From positions 95,189 through 159,188 of the forward strand of contig CAXBLA010000004.1 in assembly GCA_963976625.1 (NCBI GenBank): 64,000 nt of DNA. The letters run 5' to 3'. This DNA comes from an uncultured bacterium. Lineage in GTDB: Bacteria > Planctomycetota > Phycisphaerae > Phycisphaerales > UBA1924. The notes beneath the pieces were generated by a model. The model worked only from the letters and a program-made list of their open reading frames with translations, made no database searches and was not told where the DNA came from. Each line of letters starts with the position of its first letter. Position 1 is the stretch's first letter. Both the position numbers and the translations under genes were made by a program. Below are positions 28,090 to 37,290 of this stretch, one piece after another.

Positions 28090-28491
28090 ATGGCATCAGA
28101 AAACGAAACAACCCATACGAACCAACAGATCGACGCAGCATCCGAGTCGATGCTCGAATGGGCCAAGAAACACCGAAATGTACTCGCAGTCGCTGCCATG
28201 TATGGCGAGGATGATGAATCCCATTTTCCACAGCCCGAAGCCATAGTCGCCGGCGCATTGAGCGAACTCGACGAAGGCGATGCGGTGGCTCTGCTCGTTC
28301 AGCTGCAAGTCGCGGTGCAAATGACGATTGATCAAATCGCGAGGGATGCGGATATGGGCGAGGAGACATTCCGGCGCATGTTCAAGACTCTGTACAACCA
28401 CATGCTCAATGAGGCAGGCGTAACGACAATAGATCAAATCGAATCAGAATCACATTCCACAGACACAAAAATTCGAAAGGAAATCAAATGA
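28090..28491 (+). CDS. Hypothetical protein (island)
   Basis: 133-aa acidic ORF with AGGAGA upstream of the ATG. It has an ATGA overlap with the next ORF. No recognisable motif. Confidence 0.5.
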   Translation: MASENETTHTNQQIDAASESMLEWAKKHRNVLAVAAMYGEDDESHFPQPEAIVAGALSELDEGDAVALLVQLQVAVQMTIDQIARDADMGEETFRRMFKTLYNHMLNEAGVTTIDQIESESHSTDTKIRKEIK

Positions 28492-28910
28492 AGGACACCG
28501 CACCCAAATACAGATTCATTGGCAAAGAGGGCATGGACTTCAAGATCCGTCAACTCGCGTTCAACTGTCAGAAAGCCATCGTCGGTTTACCACGCACAAT
28601 GGTCTTTGCAGTCAGTTGCCCTGATCCAGCGTCTACGCCTGATTGCCAAATGTCGAACCCGCGTGGCGCACGAGTAGTCGGCCTTGACCACAACATGAAC
28701 AAGAACGATATCGCTCTCCTCATCGGGATGATGTATGGCTTCCTTGATCAGCACGAAGACCGCTACACCACTGAATATGGAGGAGAGTTCCGAGATGCAG
28801 TCGATTTGGCAAGGTCTATTTATGGGCACTCTACTGCGATGAGCAGAGCGATTGTGAACCCTCCCGGAAGCCACGAAGACGCACCGAAATGGAAAGATCG
28901 AAACAAATAG
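28488..28910 (+). CDS. Hypothetical protein (island)
   Basis: 140-aa ORF translationally coupled to the previous one. No recognisable motif. Confidence 0.5.
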   Translation: MKDTAPKYRFIGKEGMDFKIRQLAFNCQKAIVGLPRTMVFAVSCPDPASTPDCQMSNPRGARVVGLDHNMNKNDIALLIGMMYGFLDQHEDRYTTEYGGEFRDAVDLARSIYGHSTAMSRAIVNPPGSHEDAPKWKDRNK

Positions 28911-28922
28911 AGGAGTTTTCAA

Positions 28923-29108
28923 ATGGACGCAGTAATACAGAAGTGTGAACACACTAAGCCCCAAACGCAGCGCCGGAAAGGACGGCCTACTACGCGGGTC
29001 GAGTTCGAGGTCTCGTATAGATCAATGAACTCAGAAGAGGAAGAGAGTTATGACAAGTCCATCCGCCGATTGATCGCCTCGATCGTTCGTAGGGGGATGG
29101 AGGAATAA
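28923..29108 (+). CDS. Small hypothetical protein (island)
   Basis: 61-aa basic-then-acidic ORF immediately upstream of the serine recombinase, with GAGGAG upstream. Confidence 0.35.
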   Translation: MDAVIQKCEHTKPQTQRRKGRPTTRVEFEVSYRSMNSEEEESYDKSIRRLIASIVRRGMEE

Positions 29109-29117
29109 AGGAGGTCA

Positions 29118-31079
29118 ATGATGACGAATCATGATCAACCAAAGAAACTGCGGGCTGTCCCGCTTGTCCGCTGTTCAACTTTACAGCAAGCGGATACATC
29201 TATTGCGGACCAACTCAAGAGTATCCGGGTCAAAGCCGCGGAGCTCGGGATCGAGCTGCTTCCAGCCCATGAGATGCCCGGGGTCTCAGGGAGCATCCAG
29301 GCCAATGTCGAGAACGGAATACAAGCGATCATCGAACGCAAGGCGAACGGCGAATCCATCGACGCGATCATGGTCTTTGACCTGAGCCGACTCGGGAGAT
29401 CGGGTTCATACCATCTTGGGAAGATCATGACGATGATGCAGGACGTGGGGATTACCCTCATCGAATCGATCGATGACCTTGGCGATTCAGAGTTCGCGCC
29501 GATGTTCCATATGATCAAGGCGGAAACCAATCATCGTCAGGCCAAAAGCAACGCAATGAACTCCGCGAGAGGATCAAGAAGCTCTCTAGAGGAAGGGCGG
29601 CGAACTTTTTGCACCCGCGCCCCGTATGGGATCGACCGGAAGTATTTAAACTCGGCAGGCCAGCCCCTCTACATCATGCGGGATCTTGGCCATCATGTCC
29701 GGGCCATGCTTGATCCGCAGATCGGCAACGAGATTAAACGCTATGAGAAAAAAGAACGATTCAAAAAAGACAAACAGGATCGGGTTGTTCTGATCCCCGG
29801 CGATCCCAAGCGGCAGGCTGTTGTCCGCAGGATCTTTGTATCATACTTTCTCAAGCGGATCGGGACCTACCGCATCGCCAAGATGCTCAACGACGAGGGA
29901 ACCCCCGCCCCGCGCGGCGGGCTTTGGAGAACCGGCTGCATTCAATCAATACTCAGATGCCCGGCCTATCTTGGCTTTGGTCTTGCTAGCTTCCGATCCA
30001 ATGGCGTCTACTGCAAGCAGAGCAAAGGCTTACCCGAACCATTGAAGAAGAACTATGGCAAGAAGCTCAAGCAGATCAGGCCCCGAGAAGATTGGTATCG
30101 GGTCGAATGCCCCGAGCTCATCGAGTATCTACCGCCTGAGATTCGACCGCTTGCTCAGGAACATGTCAACAAGTATCTCGATCGGTTCGAGCTTGGGCAT
30201 GTTCCGAAATCGAAGCCGGTCGAACCCAAGTACGGGGCGTCCGAGCGGAGTATGCAGTTCCCACTGGCAGGGATTCTGAAGGAACAGACGACAGGATCCG
30301 AGATGCGAGGGAGCAGTTCAGCGAGCAAGAAGTATGCGTATTACCGAATCTCTCGTAGCCATCGATTCCATTCATCGGCCAAGCAACATCTGAAACGAGC
30401 CCTCCCCGCCAAGCCGATCCATCGGGCAGTTCTCGAAGAGATCGAGGAACTCATCTGCAATGCGGCTGATCTTCGCTCGATGCTTCTCGATGAGATCCGT
30501 AGCCAGGATCGACAACGCGGCGGGACGCATGACGAAGTTAAGAAACTCCAGAAAGAAATACATTCATTGGATCGCAAGGCAGGTTCGCTGCTCGATCAGC
30601 TTGAGGGTGAGTTCGCCGAGCAAGCGAAGTCGAAGCTACTGAAGGCTGAGAATCGCAAACGCGAAATCTCATCTCGTCTTGTAGAGATCGACCAAGGTCC
30701 TCGTATGAGCGAGTCTGAAATCGAGCAGATGGCGGAAGGAATCATTTCGGACATTTCAAGTTTGTTGGATTCGCTCGCCGCTACGCAGAGTTCTGAAATT
30801 CGGCAGATCTTCGAAATGCTCATTGATGAAGCGGTCTGTGATCTAGAAAAACGGGAAGTCAGTTTTTCGCTTGCAATCCCCTCATCAATGTTGTCTCAGA
30901 GAGATTTTTGTCCCCCGGTTGGATCTGGACCCAGAACCTGCTACCGGACAAACAAATGGGCTTCAATCCCGCTCCATGCTGTAACCATCGAACTCCCAGC
31001 GGCTTGCCATGCAGAATGCCAACGGCCATTTGAACCAAAGGGATGCGATAACTGTCGTCGAAAACGCAAGGCCGCCTGA
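29118..31079 (+). CDS. Large serine recombinase
   Basis: The N-terminal resolvase-type catalytic region is AVPLVRCSTLQQADTSIADQL (Ser nucleophile). The recombinase domain is TYRIAKMLNDEGTPAPRGGLWRTGCIQSILRCPAYLG. A long coiled coil (about aa 470-560) and a Cys-rich tail (CHAECQRPFEPKGCDNC) follow. Confidence 0.85.
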   Translation: MMTNHDQPKKLRAVPLVRCSTLQQADTSIADQLKSIRVKAAELGIELLPAHEMPGVSGSIQANVENGIQAIIERKANGESIDAIMVFDLSRLGRSGSYHLGKIMTMMQDVGITLIESIDDLGDSEFAPMFHMIKAETNHRQAKSNAMNSARGSRSSLEEGRRTFCTRAPYGIDRKYLNSAGQPLYIMRDLGHHVRAMLDPQIGNEIKRYEKKERFKKDKQDRVVLIPGDPKRQAVVRRIFVSYFLKRIGTYRIAKMLNDEGTPAPRGGLWRTGCIQSILRCPAYLGFGLASFRSNGVYCKQSKGLPEPLKKNYGKKLKQIRPREDWYRVECPELIEYLPPEIRPLAQEHVNKYLDRFELGHVPKSKPVEPKYGASERSMQFPLAGILKEQTTGSEMRGSSSASKKYAYYRISRSHRFHSSAKQHLKRALPAKPIHRAVLEEIEELICNAADLRSMLLDEIRSQDRQRGGTHDEVKKLQKEIHSLDRKAGSLLDQLEGEFAEQAKSKLLKAENRKREISSRLVEIDQGPRMSESEIEQMAEGIISDISSLLDSLAATQSSEIRQIFEMLIDEAVCDLEKREVSFSLAIPSSMLSQRDFCPPVGSGPRTCYRTNKWASIPLHAVTIELPAACHAECQRPFEPKGCDNCRRKRKAA

Positions 31080-31196
31080 GGATCCCATCCAGTTGACGAA
31101 GGATACAGATGAACTCCAATCACCCTCTTTGGCTCAACGGCTAAAGGGGGATTTCAAAATCAAACCATTATCGCCGGCTTCAAGATCGGAGAGAAA

Positions 31197-32039
31197 ATGG
31201 CAAAGGACAAAGGATTGACGAAAGCACAACGAACCCGCCTGAAGACACTCGATACCCTGTTGGATTCTGATGTTCCAAGATCACACATAATCGTTGCGAC
31301 TTTGATCGCTCAGCATTGGTGCGAGGATCACAATGCGTTTCAGGGCCAACTTGTCGTGCGAGCCGAACGCTGGCGTCGTCGCCACGTTCAACTCAGACAA
31401 CAGTGGCGAAGATGCGAACAAGGCGTATTCAACGACCTCATGCGAATCCTTGAACTCCCTGGCGATATCGAGCCGGGCGTTCGGGCACCAAATACAAAAC
31501 GCACCAAAAGGATTACACAGCCGTCGCTCCGGCCCAAAGCACCAAGCGGTATGATCACTGATGAGGAGTCGGCTGATTTCTTGAAGATGCTTGATACGGA
31601 TGGAATCAGTGATATATTCGATCCTGGAAACCATATCAATGACAACACCGTATTTCGGCCACCACTGATCTTGATTGATGGAAAATCGATCTACTTCGAC
31701 GATATCTGGCCAATGTACCGCGACAACACCATAGAACGGAGTTGGGATACTAAAGACCGTTCGCCGGAGATTGCAATGGCTCTGGATTATGTGCTCTTGA
31801 TTATTCACAAAGAGAAGAAGTGGACATGGCCGATCGCTGATCGATACTTGGTTCGACTGCCCTGGGGCCATCCATGGAAGTTGACACCTCTAGGACGACC
31901 CGGTTGGGATGCGTCGCTCCGAATCTTGAGTGAAATTGAAATGATCGAGAATCACCATGGGCAAACTTGGATACTCAGAAACAAACTCTATGATATGGTC
32001 AACCGGACTCTACCAACGCTTTGGATTCAATCACAGTGA
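31197..32039 (+). CDS. Hypothetical protein (island)
   Basis: 280-aa Trp-rich ORF with no motif I recognise. Confidence 0.5.
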   Translation: MAKDKGLTKAQRTRLKTLDTLLDSDVPRSHIIVATLIAQHWCEDHNAFQGQLVVRAERWRRRHVQLRQQWRRCEQGVFNDLMRILELPGDIEPGVRAPNTKRTKRITQPSLRPKAPSGMITDEESADFLKMLDTDGISDIFDPGNHINDNTVFRPPLILIDGKSIYFDDIWPMYRDNTIERSWDTKDRSPEIAMALDYVLLIIHKEKKWTWPIADRYLVRLPWGHPWKLTPLGRPGWDASLRILSEIEMIENHHGQTWILRNKLYDMVNRTLPTLWIQSQ

Positions 32040-32095
32040 CCTATAATTTTGCATTCCCAATTACCGACGGCCTCCTATCGAAATGATCGAGCTAC

Positions 32096-33697
32096 ATGAT
32101 TAACCCCAAATCTATCGCAGTTGTCGACCTGTTTGCCGGACCTGGTGGCTTAGGGGAAGGCTTTACTTCAATTTCCGATTCACATTCAGGGCATCCCTTT
32201 GAAATCGCTATCTCAGTTGAAATGGACCTTCAAGCCCACCGAACTTTAAGACTACGGTCATTCTACAGACAATACAGACAACTGAATCGCACGGTACCCG
32301 ATAGCTACTACAAAGTGCTTCGAGGCGATATTCTCGCAGAGGGTTTAGAGACTCGTTGTCCTAAAATGTGGATGCGAGCAAAAGACGAAGCCTTCCTTGG
32401 AAGGCTCGGAGTACCCGAGGATGATGACAACTTTGATTTGAAGCTGGCACAACTAGGATTAACCAAAAGAAATCAGCCAGTTGTCCTGATAGGTGGTCCA
32501 CCATGCCAAGCCTATTCACTAGTTGGAAGGGCCCGAAACAAAGGCATATCAGGATACCGCGCAGAAGAGGATCATCGACATCTTCTTTATAAAGAATATT
32601 TACGCATAATCTCGAATGTATGGCCTGTCGCTTTCGTAATGGAAAATGTCAAAGGCATCCTCTCATCAAAAATTAACAGCGACAAAATATTTCCTCGAAT
32701 ACTCGAGGATCTACACGATCCAAGCCAAGCCTTAGTCAAGTCGGTTCGTAGTCCTGCAAACAGGAGATACAAGCTTCTTCCAATAACCCTAGATGTCTCG
32801 GGTAGCCCTAAGCTCTTCGATTCTTATTCCGATGACCCTTCACGCTTTATTGTGCGCTGTGAGGATCATGGGATTCCACAAAGACGACACCGTGTCTTCA
32901 TCATTGGTATTCGCGAAGATATCAAATGCGATTTATCCCCACTTACCCACGATCCACAGCAAAGAACTGTTCGCGATGCCATCGGCGACCTCCCCCCTCT
33001 TCTTGCTGGAGTATCCCGTCGAGGCGGGATAAACATGAATGTTGCCGAAGCTTTGAGTCAAAAAATCACTTCGGAATTACTTGATGAAATCACATCGGCA
33101 AGCAATCGATCCGTCACTCAAAGGTGTCGAAAAGCCACCAAGGAAATTGCAAAGTCGAATTATACATCTGGATCTAACTATATTCCCACACTACTTCCTG
33201 ACAAATCTGACACCCTTTCTCAATGGTATCACGACAAGCGACTAGAAGGTGTTTGCAATCACATGGCTAAGGCGCATATGCCGTCTGATTTGGTGCGATA
33301 TTTATTTGCATCATCATTTGCGGAAAGCCTAGATTACTCGCCGAAACTATCAGAATTCCCGAACTCTCTTCTTCCTGCTCATAAAAATGCAAATCCAACC
33401 TCAGGAAAGCCTGCCATTTTCAATGATCGATTTCGCGTACAGCTCTGGGACTCTCCAGCAACTACTGTCACATCGCACTTGGCAAAAGACGGGCACTATT
33501 TCATACACCCTGATCCATTTCAATGCAGAAGCCTAAGCGTACGGGAAGCTGCGAGAATTCAAACTTTCCCTGATAACTATTATTTTTGTGGCCCACGGAC
33601 TTCACAGTATCAACAGGTGGGAAATGCCGTGCCACCTTTGATTGCGAATAAAATCGCTAAATGCCTATTCCATGGATTGAAATCAGCAGGCATTTAA
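32096..33697 (+). CDS. DNA (cytosine-5)-methyltransferase, solitary
   Basis: Motif I DLFAGPGGLGEGF, IV GGPPCQAYS, VI ENVKGILS, VIII QRRHRVFIIG, IX RSLSVREAARIQTFPDNY, X GNAVPPLIA. About 200 aa lie between motifs VIII and IX (target-recognition region). Confidence 0.9.
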   Translation: MINPKSIAVVDLFAGPGGLGEGFTSISDSHSGHPFEIAISVEMDLQAHRTLRLRSFYRQYRQLNRTVPDSYYKVLRGDILAEGLETRCPKMWMRAKDEAFLGRLGVPEDDDNFDLKLAQLGLTKRNQPVVLIGGPPCQAYSLVGRARNKGISGYRAEEDHRHLLYKEYLRIISNVWPVAFVMENVKGILSSKINSDKIFPRILEDLHDPSQALVKSVRSPANRRYKLLPITLDVSGSPKLFDSYSDDPSRFIVRCEDHGIPQRRHRVFIIGIREDIKCDLSPLTHDPQQRTVRDAIGDLPPLLAGVSRRGGINMNVAEALSQKITSELLDEITSASNRSVTQRCRKATKEIAKSNYTSGSNYIPTLLPDKSDTLSQWYHDKRLEGVCNHMAKAHMPSDLVRYLFASSFAESLDYSPKLSEFPNSLLPAHKNANPTSGKPAIFNDRFRVQLWDSPATTVTSHLAKDGHYFIHPDPFQCRSLSVREAARIQTFPDNYYFCGPRTSQYQQVGNAVPPLIANKIAKCLFHGLKSAGI

Positions 33698-33809
33698 AGC
33701 GACAATTGCACCTCTGAGGGGGGTATCAATGTTTTTTACAATGAGATTCATGCATAAGAAATAGACTTGTTTTTGGAGGCAGGTTAAACATTTCCATAAC
33801 TTACCAGAC

Positions 33810-34523
33810 TCAGGGCTTTGACTTGAATCGGTTGAACTCACGGGGCAAAAGCTGAGTGAACTCCCTTATGTCTACTGAAGGCAGATCCCAGGTCAGTTGG
33901 TACTGATTCATGAGAACTCCGAATCGGGCAGCAGCATCGCCCGAAGCCCCCTTCTTCCGCTGGCGGGTCTCCGGATCAATGAACAGACCGGTCGCCATCC
34001 GCATCATACCTGGGCAACGCACAATTCCAGCCCGCGATGCGATTTGTTCAGTGAGTTCGCCCGGTTTGTCCAATGGATTAACGAGCACCACCATGGCTCG
34101 TTCGGGATCATCTGAATGCAGATGATATATTAAGAAGGGAGTTCGCAAGAGGTGACGATATCGTCTTGTATATCGAGCCAAATCGGGAATATACCGGGGT
34201 TCCGCGCCGACTTTCCTCTGCCCTTTGCCATTGACCGGGCAAACTTGGTCGAATAGTGCCGCGGACAGCCAGCACCACAATCCCTTGCTGAGCGTATGCG
34301 GATCAGCCCCCATCTCGCTGAGAACACCGAAGAACCATTCGGCGAAATCAAACCTAGAACTGAACAACTGAGGTTCAATTTCTATGTCAGGCTTTAGTAG
34401 ATTTGTAAGAGCTGGGTCATTGAGTAGCTCAGGAGGAAGCTCTCCTTTTTTATCCTCCCGGATACGGTTTAAATGCGCTCTGAATGCCTCGATGCCTTGT
34501 TCGTTGAATTCACGGAGTTTCAT
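33810..34523 (-). CDS. Candidate system gene D (about 237 aa), unknown function
   Basis: The ATG at 34523 (MKLREFNEQGIEAF...) forms an ATGA overlap with the stop of gene C (34520-34522). The longer ORF to 34607 would overlap gene C by 88 nt. No motif recognised. Confidence 0.6.
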   Translation of the reverse strand: MKLREFNEQGIEAFRAHLNRIREDKKGELPPELLNDPALTNLLKPDIEIEPQLFSSRFDFAEWFFGVLSEMGADPHTLSKGLWCWLSAALFDQVCPVNGKGQRKVGAEPRYIPDLARYTRRYRHLLRTPFLIYHLHSDDPERAMVVLVNPLDKPGELTEQIASRAGIVRCPGMMRMATGLFIDPETRQRKKGASGDAAARFGVLMNQYQLTWDLPSVDIREFTQLLPREFNRFKSKP

Positions 34524-35317
34524 ACCTCGTTCTCCTGCTGTTGTGGATTTATCAGATCGCAAACATTGAACAAACCGGCAAAAGAACTCGCCGCTTCGCT
34601 GATCCACTCTCGGCGACCCTCATCTTCATTTTCTTCACGTGGTAGGTCGTTACCTACCATGCCGGGCAGGTTCGACGCCAGCTTGAACCAATCAACACCC
34701 CACATACCTTCGCCATCGATCCCATTCATCTCCTCGTCAATTATTAGGTGTGTAAGTACACGACGGATGACCTCGGGAAAAACTAGCGCTATGAAGCGCG
34801 GATCCCGTGGAAGCTCCTGTAAGGGGTCTGCACTCGGGTCTAGCCAGAGGGTGGGCTCAAAACCCGCACGCTCGGGTTCAAGTTCCCAGACGGGACCACC
34901 CAACGGCATGTAGTCGATGTAGAGAAGACCTTGGCGATTATCCTTCTTCTCTTCTGGCGTAATGGGGCGTATCTGACTTCGGTCAGCGATTAGTCGACCA
35001 TCATTCTTATCCCTATCAATGATCTTTAGACGAAACAATGGCGTCGGAGCGCCTTTACCGAAGTCCGTTAGCCGCCGTTCTTCCTCAGTGAGTGTTCTGG
35101 GTTTGTCTACCGTTCCGAGATTGAATCGCATCTGTATCGGTGGACTCGAGCTGTACGCTTCGAGCGAGATCCCAGCATCGGTTGGCAATGATTCAGGCAG
35201 CTTGAGCCCGAGCTCAAATCGTGATATCCCGCTTGCGTCAGGTTGACCTAGGGAAATCTGTAAATGCTCTCGCTTCAGTTTCAAACGGTTTGTGTAGTTC
35301 ATTCGCTGTACGGTCAT
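34520..35317 (-). CDS. Candidate system gene C (265 aa), unknown function
   Basis: Its start overlaps the stop of gene B as TAATG (35315-35319). No motif recognised. Confidence 0.6.
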   Translation of the reverse strand: MTVQRMNYTNRLKLKREHLQISLGQPDASGISRFELGLKLPESLPTDAGISLEAYSSSPPIQMRFNLGTVDKPRTLTEEERRLTDFGKGAPTPLFRLKIIDRDKNDGRLIADRSQIRPITPEEKKDNRQGLLYIDYMPLGGPVWELEPERAGFEPTLWLDPSADPLQELPRDPRFIALVFPEVIRRVLTHLIIDEEMNGIDGEGMWGVDWFKLASNLPGMVGNDLPREENEDEGRREWISEAASSFAGLFNVCDLINPQQQENEV

Positions 35318-37248
35318 TAGTCACCTCCCCTTTCCGCTCTAGCTTTGACTATAAGGTCACGATTTGCATCAAAACCAGTCACAAAGACTTCGAATGGCCT
35401 GCCTGTGGTATCAACAGCAATTCGATTCGACGCTAAGATTTCATAATTAGCATTCTCTGAAGCAACTATATGTATACCTGTCCTGTCTTTTTTAGTGAGG
35501 TCGAAATCAGCCTCGTCATACCTTTTCCAGGGACTTCCTTCATAAACGTCATATGCGATGGAGACAGTGATTCGCCCTGGATCTGAGGCGCCTTCCTCCC
35601 CGTGTGAAAGCCTGAAACCGGAGTCCACTTTTGACATGCGAAACCGCTTTGGACTTGGAGGAGGTGGCGGGGGCGGGGGAGGATCTGGATCAGTTCCTTT
35701 ACTTTTTTTGACTTTCTTGCGGCCTGGTAACGGAGCCGAGTCGATATCCTTAAAAAAGTAGTCGATGGCGATAGTCGGATCGGGATCCTCCCCAGTCGCT
35801 CGCACAAATGAAAGAATGCTGCGTACAGCTGTCTTGACATATGTCAGGACGCTGCTGCCATTCATGTACACCCCTTTTATATTGGAGGTGCTCGCTGACC
35901 AATCCGAGTGGTTTGGCGGCTCGGCGGCTCTAAGTAGGTCTGCGATCAACTTCTCATGAATTACGACAAGCGAGCGAATCTTTGGGGCTCCCGAAGCACG
36001 TGAAACCTTGTTGATGAAGAGTCGCTCTCGGAAGAATCGCGGCCTTTGATCCGCGATGTTCTCGTCGGTGTATTCTACATAAACATCAAAATGAGTTAGC
36101 TCGGCATCTTCTCGTTTTTTACGCACATAAATCGGCACACGGATAGCAACCCGCTCTCGACGATCCAACATCTCCTTTATCTTGTCCCGCGTCTTTTGGG
36201 GAATCTGATCGATGGACCAACGTTGGGCCCCTTTGGGATCAGTAGGTGAATCTAGATGAATGAAATCACTATGTGGTAGACGTATCGCCCATGAAGCAAG
36301 TTCGATTTCTGCTCGGTAGGGTTCCAGAGATTTACTTTCAGATGCCACCTGCTCGATTGTATCAGCTGTCAACTCGATTCCATCCCCGTTCAATACGATC
36401 TCCACCTCAAGTTCTCCGCTGAGAATTGCGTAGTAATATTGGGACACCAGATCCTCGAGCAGATGCTCGGGTTGCATGGACGGGTCGATGTACGGTATAA
36501 CCAGCGACAATCCGGGAGCCTCATCTCTCGTGATCCCGAAGTCATGTCTAAGTTCTGTCACAATCTTGGAATCCCCATTTGGCATGGGTACATCATCATC
36601 GTCCCAACTGTCTCCAAAATATATTGGCGGCTGATATTGAATCTCGTCCACTCGCCTGATCTTGAGAACGCACTTGCCCATGATCAAGCATTGGCCATCG
36701 TCATGCCTATTGGTGCACGCGATGTAGGCGTTAATTAGACTCGTATTGGGGAACACATTTTTTCCGACACCCCAGCTCCCTTGCTCACCTTCCGCCTTGC
36801 GTGTGCGGCCGTCACTACGAAGGAAGTCAACAAAGTTGTTCTGCTTGCCGTCAGCGTCATCACTGGTTATGTCCCCTGTCAATCCACAGGTTCCAAAATC
36901 CTCGATGACTAGGAAAGAACAGGTATCATCTGGCTCGGGCACCTCCCGAAGGCCGTTTTTTGGTGCGTTAAGGTGAGGCCGAAGTCCCCCGAACCACTTC
37001 TCGGCAGTTGCAGAATCCATTGCGTGATCCCCAGTTCTTAGTGCAAGTCGCACCCGTACAGGGCTACCGCCATTCTTCCGAAGTTCACGGCCGGCATCGA
37101 TCGCGTTCTGCATCGCCTCCCGAATGAGCGGGAGTGAGGGACGATCGTCGTGCTCAAAGTAGTCTCCCGAGATCACATCGTTAATGTCGTCACCGCGGCG
37201 TTTTTGACGCCCACGCCATTTTAACTTAGCCATGCCTAATCCTTTCAT
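35317..37248 (-). CDS. Candidate system gene B: GHKL/Bergerat-fold ATPase (sacsin/MORC/Hsp90-like N-terminal domain) with poly-Pro linker and C-terminal domain
   Basis: N-box LIREAMQNAIDA (E44/N48/D51), G1 box VIEDFGTCGLTG (D117-G122) and G2-like GSWGVGKNVF. PPPPPPPPP is encoded at 35656-35682, followed by a domain of about 100 aa. An alternative ATG lies at 37233. Confidence 0.75.
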   Translation of the reverse strand: MKGLGMAKLKWRGRQKRRGDDINDVISGDYFEHDDRPSLPLIREAMQNAIDAGRELRKNGGSPVRVRLALRTGDHAMDSATAEKWFGGLRPHLNAPKNGLREVPEPDDTCSFLVIEDFGTCGLTGDITSDDADGKQNNFVDFLRSDGRTRKAEGEQGSWGVGKNVFPNTSLINAYIACTNRHDDGQCLIMGKCVLKIRRVDEIQYQPPIYFGDSWDDDDVPMPNGDSKIVTELRHDFGITRDEAPGLSLVIPYIDPSMQPEHLLEDLVSQYYYAILSGELEVEIVLNGDGIELTADTIEQVASESKSLEPYRAEIELASWAIRLPHSDFIHLDSPTDPKGAQRWSIDQIPQKTRDKIKEMLDRRERVAIRVPIYVRKKREDAELTHFDVYVEYTDENIADQRPRFFRERLFINKVSRASGAPKIRSLVVIHEKLIADLLRAAEPPNHSDWSASTSNIKGVYMNGSSVLTYVKTAVRSILSFVRATGEDPDPTIAIDYFFKDIDSAPLPGRKKVKKSKGTDPDPPPPPPPPPSPKRFRMSKVDSGFRLSHGEEGASDPGRITVSIAYDVYEGSPWKRYDEADFDLTKKDRTGIHIVASENANYEILASNRIAVDTTGRPFEVFVTGFDANRDLIVKARAERGGD

Positions 37249-37290
37249 TAATAATTGTCAATTTATAGTACATTATAAATCGTATTTCTG

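Noticed and set aside
33810-35317. Tried to read nuclease motifs (HEPN Rx4-6H, PD-(D/E)xK, HNH) into genes C and D, for example RYTRRYRH in gene D and IIDRDK in gene C
   Set aside because: The matches are single short strings without the surrounding secondary-structure context. That is not enough to call an effector domain.
35558-35761. Plus-strand ORF containing GGGGGGGGGG
   Set aside because: It is the mirror image of the poly-proline tract of the minus-strand GHKL ATPase gene.
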